DNA of 63,946 bases, filler included, from Thelocarpon superellum (taxonomy: Eukaryota): assembly GCA_026025795.1 (NCBI GenBank). It is 3 parts of 3 records of this genome, joined end to end, with 100 filler letters (N's around TTAATTAATTAA, not from the genome) between each part and the next. Parts side by side here need not be neighbours in the genome. Positions count along the whole stretch, not along the records: positions 23,387 to 46,457 come from JAPEUG010000286.1; 2 more parts are not named here. The stretch is one strand, 5' to 3'. The translations under genes were made by a program, and so were the position numbers. The notes under the pieces were generated by a model, which had not been told where the DNA came from, searched no databases, and worked only from the letters and a program-made list of their open reading frames with translations. This document shows, piece after piece, positions 25,950 through 39,000 of this stretch; the first letter of the stretch is position 1; each line of letters opens with the position of its first letter.

Positions 25950-27021
25950 GATTGCGAGCGTGATCGTGGGGTCGTTGATCGATTCGCTCGGTCGTGGCAG
26001 TGGCGCATCACAGGATGGTCATAGCTCCTCAACTCTTGCTGGGCTCGTCCTCCTACTGTAACATAGGTGCGTCGTCACGCTTATGTTAGTCGAGCTGCAA
26101 CGCGATAGCCAGCGATACGGCAAACACGTCCGCACCTCGTTGATCCAATCGCGTCAACGCACGGAGTGAGGGTACAAGCAAAGCGAGGACCGGACCGCAG
26201 CTCAGCACGTGATGCAACGACAAGCGCCTGCTCTGAGTTGCCGTGCGGCTGGAGTCCCTTCCCAGTCCTTGCTAGCCTGGACGGGAGGCGAAATGAGGCT
26301 CAGTTATGCAGACTGCAGACCGAAGACCTTGAGCACACCCGCAACAGCTCCCTCCACGCTCGAACGAATCGAAGCGACGATGCCCCAAAGAAACGCCCTC
26401 GCACTCCCCTAGTCCCTCGAGATACTATGACATACCATTTCATCCTACCGAGCACGGTGCACGCCCGTGCCCAATCCTCGTACGACACCGAACATAGCGA
26501 CCAGCTTCCTGCCAACGTCCTACTCGGACGGGAAAAAATTTGTAACACAGCGCGCATCGCAGATGGTGAAACTGCACGCTTGATCTCGTGGACCTCCTAA
26601 TCAGGCAGGACGACATGGCATTGCGTGGCATTGCATGGCATTGCCCATGTAATGCTTCCCACCCAACTGCCTGCCATCAAAGCACCTACCAAAGGACAGA
26701 TTCAGACTTGCCCAGAGTCTCGGCGTTTACTCCGCCTCAAACAAACGTCTCAACTGCAATTTTCTTCCTTGGCATCTCGTACTCATCCGCCGTGACTGTA
26801 TCTTCAGACACTCAACTTCCACCTCCCCAGGAAAACAAGGACATCATCCGCGCCTCCCTTCCTCTTGCACTCTACTCCCAACTGTTCTTCTGCCGTGACT
26901 GCTACGACGGTACTACCACTCCTTACCTCTGATTCCATTGGAGATCAGTTGAACATCGCACCAAACATCTCACCGTCGTCCAAACCACCTCCGTTACAAA
27001 AGCCTCCATCTCAGTTTCGAT

Positions 27022-27410
27022 ATGAAGAGCTTGAGCTTCATCAGCACCAGTATGTTGGCCGGTTCCCGTTCCCCCTCCGCCCCCAGTCGCCTTGCAGGAA
27101 CAACAAAGGACTGACTGATGTGGAATTGAGTGCAGCCCTTTTCAGCTTCCTGGCCGCCATTGCACTCGCAACGGCACTACCCCAAGTAGCCGAGTTCATT
27201 CAAACGCCGCCATGCGACGGGTGGCACACGACGTGTAATACGTTGGAGCACCAGAGTCTCTGCTCGGCGTATACGTGCCAATGGAACCAGATGTCCGGAT
27301 CCTGCACGCCACAGGTCGCGGGGATGGCTACTACGATCTCTGGGTGTGTCGATGCTGGCATGTTTGATAGTGAGCAAGGGCCCTTCTGCTCCTGTACTTA
27401 CTCCTCGTGA
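27022..27410 (+). CDS. Small secreted eight-cysteine protein
   Basis: MKSLSFISTT|LFSFLAAIALATALP signal peptide; intron 27050-27135 (GTATGT...CTGAC...CAG); mature part has 8 Cys and ends FCSCTYSS. Confidence 0.8.
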
Positions 27411-27637
27411 GTCGTGCTTGTAAGCCCACGACGAGACTCTGGCGCTGGCTCTGGCTCGGCGTTCATTCATCCGCTACTTTGACACGTGGGTTTGGCTCGT
27501 TCTGTTCGGTGCATCTTGCGTGGCGTCTAGGCTGGCTTCGCCTAGGCTAGTCTGGTCCAGTATGTGGTGACAGCAATGAACAACGCCGTGTTCCATCTCA
27601 TCCCCTCTTGACTAGACCTCCACTATGGATCCACGCA

Positions 27638-29943
27638 TCACCTTTGTCCCAAACGCCGCAATGGCGATTCATCCACTTCATCACTATCCCCCACATTCCA
27701 CACGCTGTCGTTAGGATCCGTCAAGAACGAAGCATGCTGCGGCGTAACGGTCGGGCTCAGCTGGATCTTAGGCCGGCTGCGGAAGACGCTAGCATAGTCG
27801 GCATCCTCGCCGAAGAGCTTCTCCCGAGGCGTCGACGCTTTGGACTCTCCGGGACTGGGGGGGAAGGACGTCCCGGGGCTGGGCGCATTGGTCCCTCCGG
27901 CTCCGGAGCTCGGGGCGTCAGAGTTGCGGGGTGTCACGTCCCTCGTCGCCGCTGTCGCTGCCCTGCCTGGTTGACTTGATTGCGTAGGCCTAGCCCGGGC
28001 CCCGCCGAAGGTGCTCATGGACTGCCGTGTTCGTTCGACGAGCGAAGCGTGCCTTGGTAGGGCAAGTCGATCACCTGGACTGTCTCCATAATCTGCAGCT
28101 GCCTCCTCGGGGTCAGGCGGTACGTGAGTCGGGCGGGTGAGATTGAGTCGTGCGGGAGTAGGGTCGGCGTTGGCGATGGACGATACGATCTAAGACGATT
28201 GTGAGCAGACGTGTGAAAGATACTCAAGAGTAGACGATGACCGACCTCATCCGCTAGCAACTCTTGATCTTGCGCGTTCAGATAGGAGAGCCGTGTATGG
28301 CGAATCCGTGGCGTTCCTGGTGAAGCTGGGACTTGCTCGACTGCGTTCGCATCATGCGCGACATGGGTGTCGATGGCCCTCGCTCCATCGATCCCTTGCG
28401 TCTCGATGTCGTTGTCTACCGTGACGGGTGGAGCCTGCGGGTCAACGACCTCATCTTCGACCGGCGGCGTCGCTTGACGGTTTGCAAGCGCTTGTGCGTT
28501 CATGGATCCGGTCGCATGGCCAGCTGATCCGGGAGATACGTCGTGCTGGTCCAATGGCGTTGTGGAGGCAGGCCTCAACGGATCAAGGTACTCGACCGCC
28601 GCCGGCCTCGCTGCCTTGCGCCAGCCTCGACCACCCTGAGACCGGGCTTTGCCCACCACTGATAACTCGGCTTCAAGCGACCTCATGATACGGTCGTACT
28701 CGCCGATAGATGGAGCAGCGGGACTGAGCGGGCGCTTGTTGTCCTGAGCTCCTCCACGCGTCGATCCCCCGTTCGGCGGTAAGAACAGGTTCTGATGCGC
28801 ACGAAAGCTGAGCTTAACATCTTGAGCAGATGCCTCGGCGTCATTCCGTCTTCCCGAGACACCCTTTCCCAGTCTCCTTGTTGACTCCTGCAATTCCCGT
28901 CGGTAGCTTTTCCATTCCTCAACTCGGCCCTTTTGACGACGAACTCGCCAATCTAGGTCTGCCAGAAGATTGTCGTCATGGATCTCTCCATGCTCGCCGA
29001 GCGTCCCATGTTCTACCTGCGACCAGATCTTGGCGAATGGTACGCAAAGGAGTGCATCGCCGCCTCGTGCCACGTTCCCGGACACTAGAACGCTAGCCCA
29101 TGTTGTCTCCCCCAGCCAGTAGTGCTCTAGACACCGCGTCAGATTCTCGACATCTGTCGCAGAGGAAATAGCATCCGGTTGGTCCAGCCGCTGATGGTTG
29201 TGGATCTGTTCATGCCGCCGAGTAATCTCGTCGCGCTTCGCGTGGAGCACGTTCAGGAATCCACGATATCGCTCGCGAAGCCCTTCCTTCTGCTGCATGC
29301 GGCTCGCCAGTGACGCGCGATGTGCCAAGATCAGAGGCTCGAGAAGCGTCTGCGCACGGGGAGGCAGAGGCTGGGACGAACGAGCCCCCAACTGGCGAGC
29401 GATGGCATGAGAGGGGAGCTGTTGTGCCAAGGTTTTGGTGACGACCGCGGTTGAGAAGAGAAACAGCACTTCCTCCACGCGGGGCCCATGACAATCATTT
29501 AACATCGTTTTCCGTAACGGCAGGTCTCGCCCGATTACGCCATCATGTTTGAGCTTGGACAGACAACGAAAGAGCGCGGCGCGTAGATTCAAGGATTGAA
29601 GTGGTTCGAGAGGGGGAAAGAATGGTTGTAGTTTCTACGACGACCATCAGAAAGACGCGGAGAGGGGCCATTGCCGCTGCGCTCGATAACATACATTGGC
29701 CGTATCATTGCTCCCACAAAGTTCATCCCACTTCCGGAACAGATGATACAGCGTCCACTCCACGCATTGGACGCGACGGCGCTGATCGTGTCGGGCATCT
29801 TTGCCACGGAAGGTGTGCCAGTTGACACCGGGCCAGTCTGGATATTCATCCAGGTCGAGGAGGTGAAGATTGGTCAAGAAGAGTGTGAGGTCTCCCCGGC
29901 GGTTGATGTCCAGGGGCGCGGATGTGCCAGTCACAGTGGACAT
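27638..29943 (-). CDS. HAUS6: Augmin/HAUS complex subunit 6-like protein
   Basis: N-terminal LFLTNLHLLDLD...WPG...RVQCVEWTLYHLF..WD|KLQPFFPPL..LQSLNLRAALFRCL..LK typical of HAUS6_N; C-terminal TPREKLF..ADYASVFRSRPKIQLSP; two introns. Confidence 0.82.
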
Positions 29944-32124
29944 GGCTCATGCACACCAATCAACATGCCGAATCCTGGATCGTCCCAGATCTAGCTGCAG
30001 CTGAACTAGACCATTGCACCGGCCAGACCAGAGCACGAGGGACGTTGCAATAGGATGTAGGAAATTTTCGTGGCGCCCGTCGACACGATTGCAGTACGGC
30101 GTAGTTACTTCGAACCAACAATATGTCAGTCGAACACTTAGGACGCGAGCTTCTGCCACTCCAGTCACGTGTTTTCCTGCCGCTCAGAGCGAAGGCAAAA
30201 TGATCTTCTACCGGGCAAGGGGCCGCTCCTGAACCTTCGCCTCGCGTTTGGGCACCGACTCCGCGACCAACCTTTCATAGTGCAGGCGTCTCGCGCGTCC
30301 TCGTAGCAATTGGCCTACAACACTTGCCACAGACCACGGTGACCACGGCTTACAGGCTTCATGTTCGACACCCTGATACCGTCGCCATTCCTGACCCTGA
30401 GCTGAAGATTGGGCCTACTACGATAAGGTCAAGCGTTTTCTCATATGATCCGCCTCGGGTCGACAAATAGCGTCAAGATGCGTGGTGGCGACGAACTCGG
30501 CCGGCGACGCGGCTACGGGGAGGTATCACCTCCGTTACAAGCCGCGGGAGCCTCGGCCGGGGTCTGTGCGTTCCTGGCCCTGCTTGAGGAGAGGTCCCAC
30601 CGCGCCGACCAAGATTTTACGCAACACCACCAAAAGCCGACCGAGATGATGTCTCACAGACCCAAAATCATGCCCGGTGCAAACGCGGGGGTAAGTGCAT
30701 CACAGGACTTCCAGCAGTGCACCCTGTGAGGCGCCCCGCCCAGACCTACCGAAGTACTACTTCTCGTGGAACCTCCAGATTGCCGATAGCATGACGTAAA
30801 ACCAGCGAGCTGCATCAACCGTGCAAGCTCGAAATCGCAGCCAGAATCATGGAGCCGAAGCTACGCATGAGCGGCAAACTGGGGATGTCGCAGATCTGCT
30901 GCGTCTGAGCTCGCCAGCGTATGCGGCCAAGTCACGCTTTACATAACATGTGGGAAAAGCCGAACAGCCGAACAGCCGAACAGCCGGCCATCAGCTGGAC
31001 GAACGAGGCTGCGGCGCGATGCTTGCGAAGTGAAGAAATCCATGTACTTCGTCAATAGAAGTTGACGATTGGCGAAAGAGTTTGAACCTCCCCAGCCCTC
31101 GCGGACTCGGACCCAGAAACCGAAGGCCCGGGGCGGCATCCGGGGGAGAATCAGTGGTGCAAAGGCCATTGTCCATAAAACTCTTTCCATCTGCTCACGT
31201 ATGACCCGACTCATCGACATGCATTCAGTCACAACGACCGGCCGAGTGGGTATGGGGACCTTCTGGGCGGGGAGGGAAGAGAGAAGAGAGCATTGTAGCG
31301 TGGCTTAAGGCCGACGGACCACCGGGGATGCTCGCCAACCTATTGTCTCGGCCCGCACGGGCGGCCAGGCGAGCTGGGCCGCGACCTCGCCAGCTTGACC
31401 ACGCATAAACAACACGGTCGCACCAGTCCATGGTCGAAGCTTGGTTGCTCGATCCCCGAGAGCACAATGGGCTATTCATGTCCTTGCATGAGAATCGCGT
31501 GGCTTGCGTCCATGTGGAAATCGAGACTCCTTCCGTAGAATAAGACTCGCGCGTTTTCCCAAGGTCGTGCATCAGCATGCTTCACCCCACGACCAGGATC
31601 TCATCGTGCGCGTCGTCCACTCGCTGAGCCCCGTCCTCCCGCACTCACGCCCCTGCCTTTCTCGTGGCCAAGGTTCTGCGACACCGCGGCAGAAATCGTC
31701 ATCTACCCGGCCGAGCGTTGCCAGGTCGCGCTGGGCTCCGCCAGACAAGGATCGGAGCCCTGACGTCACGGCCCGCTGTTCTCAACCTGAGACTTTTTCG
31801 ACGCACGATCTAGGCCTAGATCTCTCCATGCCAAGCTTATGGGTGATACTCTTTCGTCTTCTTTGCTCTATGCCGTCGCCTCTCTACTTCACTTTGCCCC
31901 GTCGTGAGTTTGTTCGAATGTATCGGCGGTTTGGATGGCCATCCGGCCGTGTCGGAGATGCTCTGCCGGGTCCGGTCTCGACTCCTTCTTTGGTCTAACT
32001 CACCGGGCTGGCAAGACCATGGACTGCGTTGTATATTACAAGAGCATGCTCGGCCTCCATGCAGCCACCAACCGGCGGCGCCGACAACTTCTCTCCTAAT
32101 TGCTCATTCCTTTCATCCGTCACC

Positions 32125-34137
32125 ATGTACCCTTCGTACACGGCCTTTTGGATGTACAGCTGCTGGCTGGCTTTTTTCTTCCTCTCCACCTCCGTGGCCT
32201 CCCCTCTTCGGCACGTGTCGGCTGGATCGTCCATCCCTGTCTTGTTGATCGAGCGTCAGACGGTGGACGCAGCCACACCCGGCGCAGCTGCAGATGCTGT
32301 TGCTCCCGCTGCAGGTGTCGTTGCCGCTCCAGCTGCCGCAGCCGCCGTACTTGCCGTACCGGTAGAGCCTCCCTCCGTGATCCTCGTCATGTGGTGCTAC
32401 GGAATGCTGATATGATGCCAAACCAAGGCCCTTAATTGCACGGGTGCCCTTCCCACCCTAGGCTTCCCTGCCGGGTTTACTGCCGCAAGCTTTGCAAATT
32501 TGACCGACCTCTGCGGTGCTACCAACGCCGGATGCTCCTGCAATGCCACCAACGCCGCCGCCGCAGCGCAGTGTAACGGCGCCGGCGCGAACGCGGCGCT
32601 GGCTCAAGCTTTTGCTGCCACGTGTACGGCCAGCTGTACTTGCGGGACCAACGCCAACGCTACCGCTGGTGCGATCAATGCCGTCGCCCCAAGCACTGCC
32701 ACGACGACGAATACCACGTCTGCCACGACTGCAAACACCAACGGCAACACCGGCGCACAGGCCTTAGCTTCCCTGATTGCGAGCCTGACGAACAAGACGG
32801 GTTCAACAGGCACAGCGACAGGTGCCCCCGGAACCAATACCGGTGGAAGTAGCAGTGGATCCAGGGGTGGCACTCCTAGCGGATCACCGGGTGGCACTCC
32901 TAGCGGATCACCGGGTGGCACTCCCAGCGGATCACCGGGTGGCACTCCCAGCGGATCACCGGGTGGCACTCCTAGCGGATCCACGGGTGGCACCCCCAGC
33001 GGATCCACGGGCGGGGCTCTCAGTGGATCCTCTGGTGGCATTCCTAGCGGATCCACTGGAGCATCAACTGGCGGTACGACTGGAGCATCAACTGGCGGTA
33101 CGACTGGCTCCGGCGGAGGCACTGGCCAAAGTGCTGCGGAGAGCAACGGCCAACCACCATCTAACCCCAACCCCGGCCAACCGGGCCCACCTAGCGCCGG
33201 CACTGTGGCCGCGAACCTTCAAGGTGGCGGTGGGGTTCAAGGGGTGACTGTTACGGGGCCCGACGGGCGCCCTGAAACCGTGACTGGTGGAACCGTGCAG
33301 GGACAGGTTGTGAATGGAGTGGGAACAGGGACGGGAGCTCTCACGATCAATCCGGGTCCCGCCCAGCCCGGTGGCGCCGCCGGTCCCCCGCAGACTGTTC
33401 CAGTCGCAGGGTCTGTCGCCGCGAACCCGAATAACCCTACTACTGCTGCCGCTGTCGACTCTATCGAGGCCGGACAGGGAGGTACTGTGGCCGTGAGCGG
33501 ATCCGGTCAGGGAAGCACATCAAACGGGGGTGCTGTGGCAGGGAATGGAGGTGGTACAGTGACAGTTCAGCCATCAACTGGAAGCGCTACTGGAGGCGGA
33601 AACGGAGGAGGGGTAGGTAGCGTGGGGTCTGTGTCAAGCTCCGGCGAAGGGGCCATCACCGGATCAGCTGCCGGAGGTCAGCCAGGGAGCGGCTCCGGGG
33701 GAGGGACTACGACCTCTAGTGCGTCGGGCGGTGGCTCACTCACAAGCACTGGAGGTGGTGGTGGACCCGGCACTGGAGGTGGTGGAGGAGGAGGAGGAGG
33801 AGGACCTGGCTCTGGAGGTGGCGGTGGTGGACCTAGCTCCGGAGGTGGTGGTGGACCCGGCACTGGAGGTGGTGGAGGAGGACCTGGCTCTGGAGGTGGC
33901 GGTGGTGGACCTGGTTCTGGAGGGGGTGATGGAGGAGGACCTGGCTCTGGAGGTGGTGGTGGACCTGGAGGTGGCGGAGGCAATAGTGGCGGAGGAAATG
34001 ATGGCGGAGGAAGCGGTGGTGGCAGTAGTAGCAGTGGTGGCAGTAGTAGCAGTGGTGGCAGTAGTAGCAGTGGTGGCAGTAGTAGCAGTGGTGGCAGTAG
34101 TAGCAGTGGTGGCAGTGGCGGAAGCAGCGGTGACTAG
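32125..34137 (+). CDS. Secreted protein with an N-terminal Cys-rich domain and a long Gly/Ser/Pro repeat tail
   Basis: Signal peptide WLAFFFLSTSVASP; a probable phase-0 intron ending at 32427 joins to ALNCTGALPTLGFPAGFTAASFANLTDLCGATNAGCSC...TCTASCTC; then TPSGSPGG, GGGGGPG and GGSSSS repeats. The exact donor site is uncertain. Confidence 0.78.
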
Positions 34138-34491
34138 TGGCAGGAGGATGAAGTCCCTTCTTCATCCACCGCTGCTACTACCGCTACTACCATTACTACT
34201 ATCGTGGTTAGTGGTAAGCAGGATGTCCCGTGTTGATGTCTGGACACATCCACTGCGTCTCTCATTCTATCATTCTATCATTGCAAATCATAGCTTCTCG
34301 TAGCATGTCAACATTTCTTTACCTCTATTGACTTCCGATTTTGGCAGAGCGACCGGTCAAAGTGAACGGCTTGCGCCGCATTCTTCTCCGCCATCTCTCG
34401 GTCATCCTCTACTGTATCCTCCATCTCGTTTCATCGCGCGTTAGAAAGGGAGGCGTCTCCGCTAACCTACCCTCCATTCCTCCATGATAGC

Positions 34492-35390
34492 CTATTGGCC
34501 CGATTGGTTGTGATACTCATCTGGTGGCTGCCGGGTCCCCGGATCAGAGGTGCTGGTACCCTCAGGCTCCTTGCCCCATCCTTCCCACAAGGCTTGTCGC
34601 TCCTTCAAGACCTCGGCGCTCCACTCGCGCACCTCGGGCAGGATGATCTTCTTCGCGACGTAGGCAAATTCGCTCAAATCGACCTCGCCACGGTGCGTCT
34701 GCTCGTATTCCGTCATCTGGAGCAGGAGCTCGAGCTTGTCAATGTCGTGCACGAACTGCGACTCCAGCGTCTCGCTCTGCTCGTACTCCTCCCACACCTC
34801 CTTCAGCTGGGCGCCCACCAGCCCACCGTGTACCTGTCCCAGGAGGTCGTCCGCCAGGTAGTCCATCGTTGCCGCTTCACGCCTGCTCTTCTCCGCCTTG
34901 GGCACGTTGTCGACGGGCGTGATGTCCCCAACTAGGCTCTCGGCCATATCGTGCACCAGCGCCATCTGGGTGCATCGCGCGACGTCAAGTCGTGATGCTA
35001 ACGAGGGTGGGGCGAACATGGTCAGCAGCGACATGCGGTACATGTGGTCGGCGATGGATTCGCCATGGTGGATGTTGAACCGTCTCCATCCTTCCCGCGG
35101 CGTCGTCTTCAGTCGAGCCAGGAGGTGGAAGAAGGGGACCGGCGACGGGGTGCCAGCCTTCGGAAGGGGCGGAGGAAGCGTGGTGACCACTGTGTGGCGA
35201 GTCAGATCTACACCTGCTCCGACACGATGCTCCTACGAACCGGCTTGAACGGACCATGGCTCGGAGGTGGAGCGGGCGCTTGGAGGGGTACCGGTGGACC
35301 GAGCTGTCGTCAGGTCAGTAATCGTTCGACGTGATAGAGAATGTGGGACCCACGCGCATCACGCTTCTCGAGCGAGCCTTCTTCGATCAT
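34492..35390 (-). CDS. HD-domain 5'-deoxynucleotidase (HDDC2 / YGL101W-like)
   Basis: LKTTPREGW, ESIADHMYRM, ALVHDMAESLVGDITP, FVHDIDKLE; two probable 5' introns, start less certain. Confidence 0.9.
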
Positions 35391-36068
35391 TTCGCTATCT
35401 CGTGGAGATTGCTGAGCTGTGAGAGGAGGCTTGCTTGCTGTTCCGCCTGCTTCTTGCATGTCAACAAAGACAAATGGGCCCCGGGAGACACTGTCTGGCA
35501 GTTCTAGCCGAGAAAGAGTGCAATTACGCTTGCGTAGTCTTGCTGGGAGCTCCCGGCCGCCACGCTTTCACCTGCCCGAGCACGCCGGAGGGCCCCAGAC
35601 ATAAACCTGGCAGTGACTCGCAGTACCAGGGGCTGTTCTGCACAAACGGGAGCCGACGCAGTCATATGATACGGGAGCCCGCGAGATACATTTCTGAACG
35701 AATCCCGACTGGCCAGCACTCGATAACGAACGAGATCGCCAGGCCACTACGATCCCATGTCTGCCCGAGTACGCCCGGGGCCCCGTTGACTCAATTTTCT
35801 CCACCTCATGTTGGGGAAGGCCTGAGATGAGGGAGTGTGCGACCCGTACGATCTTCAGTACTTGTCCGATCAGTAGACATGGGTCGCTCAATCAATTGAG
35901 CTCATAGATCTCGCAGATCGCGATCGGGCGCAGATAAAGTTCAGGCACCGACCTGAAGAAGGCTCGACGTCATGTCGTTAAGTAATTGACGGAGGCAAAT
36001 CCCACCTCGACCTCGAGCATCTCTAGACATTCTTCGTCCTGGGCTTCGTGTTCCGGAGGCGTCGGACG

Positions 36069-39000
36069 ATGCCCCCATTCGTCCCGCGGAAGAGGCGGCG
36101 CAGCTCGTCCCCCGCACCTAGAGGATCAGCCGCCACGCCGGCCAAGTCCTCCCGGAGACCGACGCTCTTTGACGCACTAGATGCGCCGCCGAAGTCGTCG
36201 GTCTCGATCGAGGAGAACCGGGCATTTCTCGACCGTCTCAACGGCGAAGAGAGCGACTCCTCCCTCACCGACATAAGCAGCGCCGACTTCGAGGAGGTCC
36301 ACCTGGGACCGCAGGAGAAAGCGAATGGGGCACACGACGTCCACGATGACGATGAGGAGGAGCATGGAAGCGTCGACTGGGAGGATGCCGTCGGCCCGTC
36401 CATCTTCACGCCATCGGGCGAACAGTCTGGCGACCTGGAGCTGACCCTGGACGAGACGGCTCGACGGTCTCTGACGAATCCGCATGGCACGAAGAAAGGT
36501 CCCAGCAAGATCGAGCGCCAGATCCGAATCCAGACACACCAGATGCACGTGCAGTTTCTCCTGGTCCACAATTTGGTCCGGAATGCATGGACCTGTGACG
36601 CGGAGGTGCAACACGCCTTGGTTTCACAGCTCAGCCAAACAGCGCAGAACGAAATCGACCGATGGAAGAGGATGTCGAATCATCAAGAGCCAGACCAAGC
36701 GCCACCGAGGAAGAAAGCAAAGGGCAAAAAGCCGGCGAGGAAAAAGGCCCGGGATGAGAGGCGTGGGAGAGACTGGGGCGAGCACGCCGAACGGCTCGAA
36801 GAAGGCGCACCGAATCTCAGCCACGGCGATCCTTTATTTCGACTACTGCAGGAGCTTGCGAAATTCTGGCGGAAAAGGTTCTCCATTGATCGTCCGGGCC
36901 TTCGCAAGCAAGGCTACCAACCGCTATCCGTCCTGGAAGAAGAGCTGGCCGCTTTCGCCAAGGATGCGGAAGACTGGGACCGGCATGGCGAGCGGGTCGC
37001 GAGCGTCGCTGACTTCCGTCAACTCGCCAAGGACGCCCGCGGAAGCAGAGACGTGGGCGCTCAGCTGTTTACCGCGCTCCTGCGAGGCATCGGTCTCCAG
37101 GCAAGACTGGTCACAAGCTTGCAGCCGGTAGGATTCGGCTGGAGCAAAGGGGAAGAGGCAAACCAGGCGGAGAAGAAGAAGAAGAAGAAGACGCCAAACA
37201 CGGAGCCCAACTCGTCCAGCGAGGACGACGTGGAGGGTCAAATTGAACCCCAGCCGGACGACCAGGCCGCTGGTGAGGATGTCGAAGAGGCCGTCCCCAA
37301 CACGAGACGCAAAAGAACATCGGGGGCCACGCGCAAGAAATCGTCCGGGAGAATGACCAAGAAAACGATGGACATCCCTACGCACGCTGCTGGCGACGAC
37401 TCGGATGATCTCTCTGTCATCGACGTCACCCCACTCTACGCTCCCAAGCGGCCAAGAGCTTCGGTCGACGCGGATCTTCCCTATCCTATATACTGGACAG
37501 AAGTGCTCTCACCAGTTACCAATCGCTATATCCCCGTGGACCCCCTCATACTCAACGTCGTCGCCACCAAGTTCGATCTGATGGCCGTGTTCGAGCCACG
37601 CAGCGCACAAGCAGAGAGGGCGAAGCAGGTCATGGCATACGTGGTGGCCTACGCGTCGGACGGAACCGCCAAGGACGTCACCGTGCGATATCTCAAGCGA
37701 CGCATGTGGCCAGGCAAGACAAAGGGGTTTCGGATGCCTGTCGAGAAGGTGCCAGTGTACAATCATCACGGCAAGGTGAAGCGGCGCGAGGAGTTTGACT
37801 GGTTCAAGAGCGTCATGAGCGGATACGCGAGGAGCGCGAATCAGCGGACCCTTGCAGACGACCTGGAGGAAGAGCAGGATCTACGAGCCGTCCAACCCGT
37901 CAAGACGGTGGGAAGGGAGGATACGCTCCAGGGCTACAAGACCAGCGCCGACTTTGTGCTCCAGCGTCACCTGCGCCGCGAGGAGGCATTGGTGCCCGGC
38001 GCCCAGCATGTGAAGCTCTTCACTGTGGGCAAGGGCGACAAGGCGGTGGAGGAGAAGGTGTATCGTCGTCGAGACGTCGTCGCCTGCAAGACTAGCGAGA
38101 GTTGGCACAAGGAGGGCCGTGAGGTGATGGCAGGAGAACATCCGCTGAAGCTTGTGCCCATGCGTGCCGTAACTCTGACACGCAAGCGGGAAATCGAACA
38201 AGTCGAGGCGGATGTGGGCGAAAAACCGAAACAAGGACTCTACTCGGAAGACCAGACCGACTGGATTATTCCGCCTCCAATCGAGAACGGCATCATCCCG
38301 CGGAATGCCTTTGGCAACATCGACTGCTACGTACCGTCCATGGTCCCCCAAGGCGCAGTTCATCTCCCATACCGCGGTCTGGTCAAGATCTGCCGGCGAC
38401 TCGATATCAGCCATGCGGAAGCGGTCGTTGGGTTTGACTTCAAGTCACAGCGCGCGGTCCCACTGGTCTCCGGCGTAGTCATCCCCACCGAACACGAGCA
38501 CACAGTCATCGAGGCATGGCATCAAGACGAGAAAGAGCGGTTACGCAAGGAGGAGGGGAAGCGCGAGAAGATGGCGCTTGGCCTGTGGAGGAAATTCCTG
38601 ATGGGCATGCGCATTCTCGCTCGCGTACGGGACGAATACGGAGGCGATGACGATGGCGGAATTCGCGACGAGGTGAACCCATTCACCAACCGGAACAAGC
38701 ACCAGAAGACGTCTCGGCCACAGGATGCATCCGCTTTCCCTCGTCCCACGGAGAATCATGAGCACGATGAGGTCGAAGCAATGAGCGGATTTCTGCCAGA
38801 CGCAGAGCAAGGGGGTGGAGGTTTCTTCCCAGCGGGCTACGACGAGGACGAAGCGACGCAGGCGGCAGACCACGGACTCAGCATCGAAGACGACGGCGCC
38901 ATCACGAAGACGCGGAAGCCGTCATCATCAGAGACGCAAAGCTCGCACCGCGTTGCTCAGCACGAGCTATCCGGGACAAGCGAGAGCGAGAGCGAGAGCG

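Noticed and set aside
30000..32000. Short ORFs or possible ncRNA in the long intergenic region
   Set aside because: No tRNA, snRNA or protein motifs recognised; only a (GCCGAACA)-type short repeat.
33719..34303. VAVVAVV-repeat ORF and His/Cys/Tyr-repeat antisense ORF (33833-34165)
   Set aside because: Alternative frames of the Gly/Ser repeat gene.
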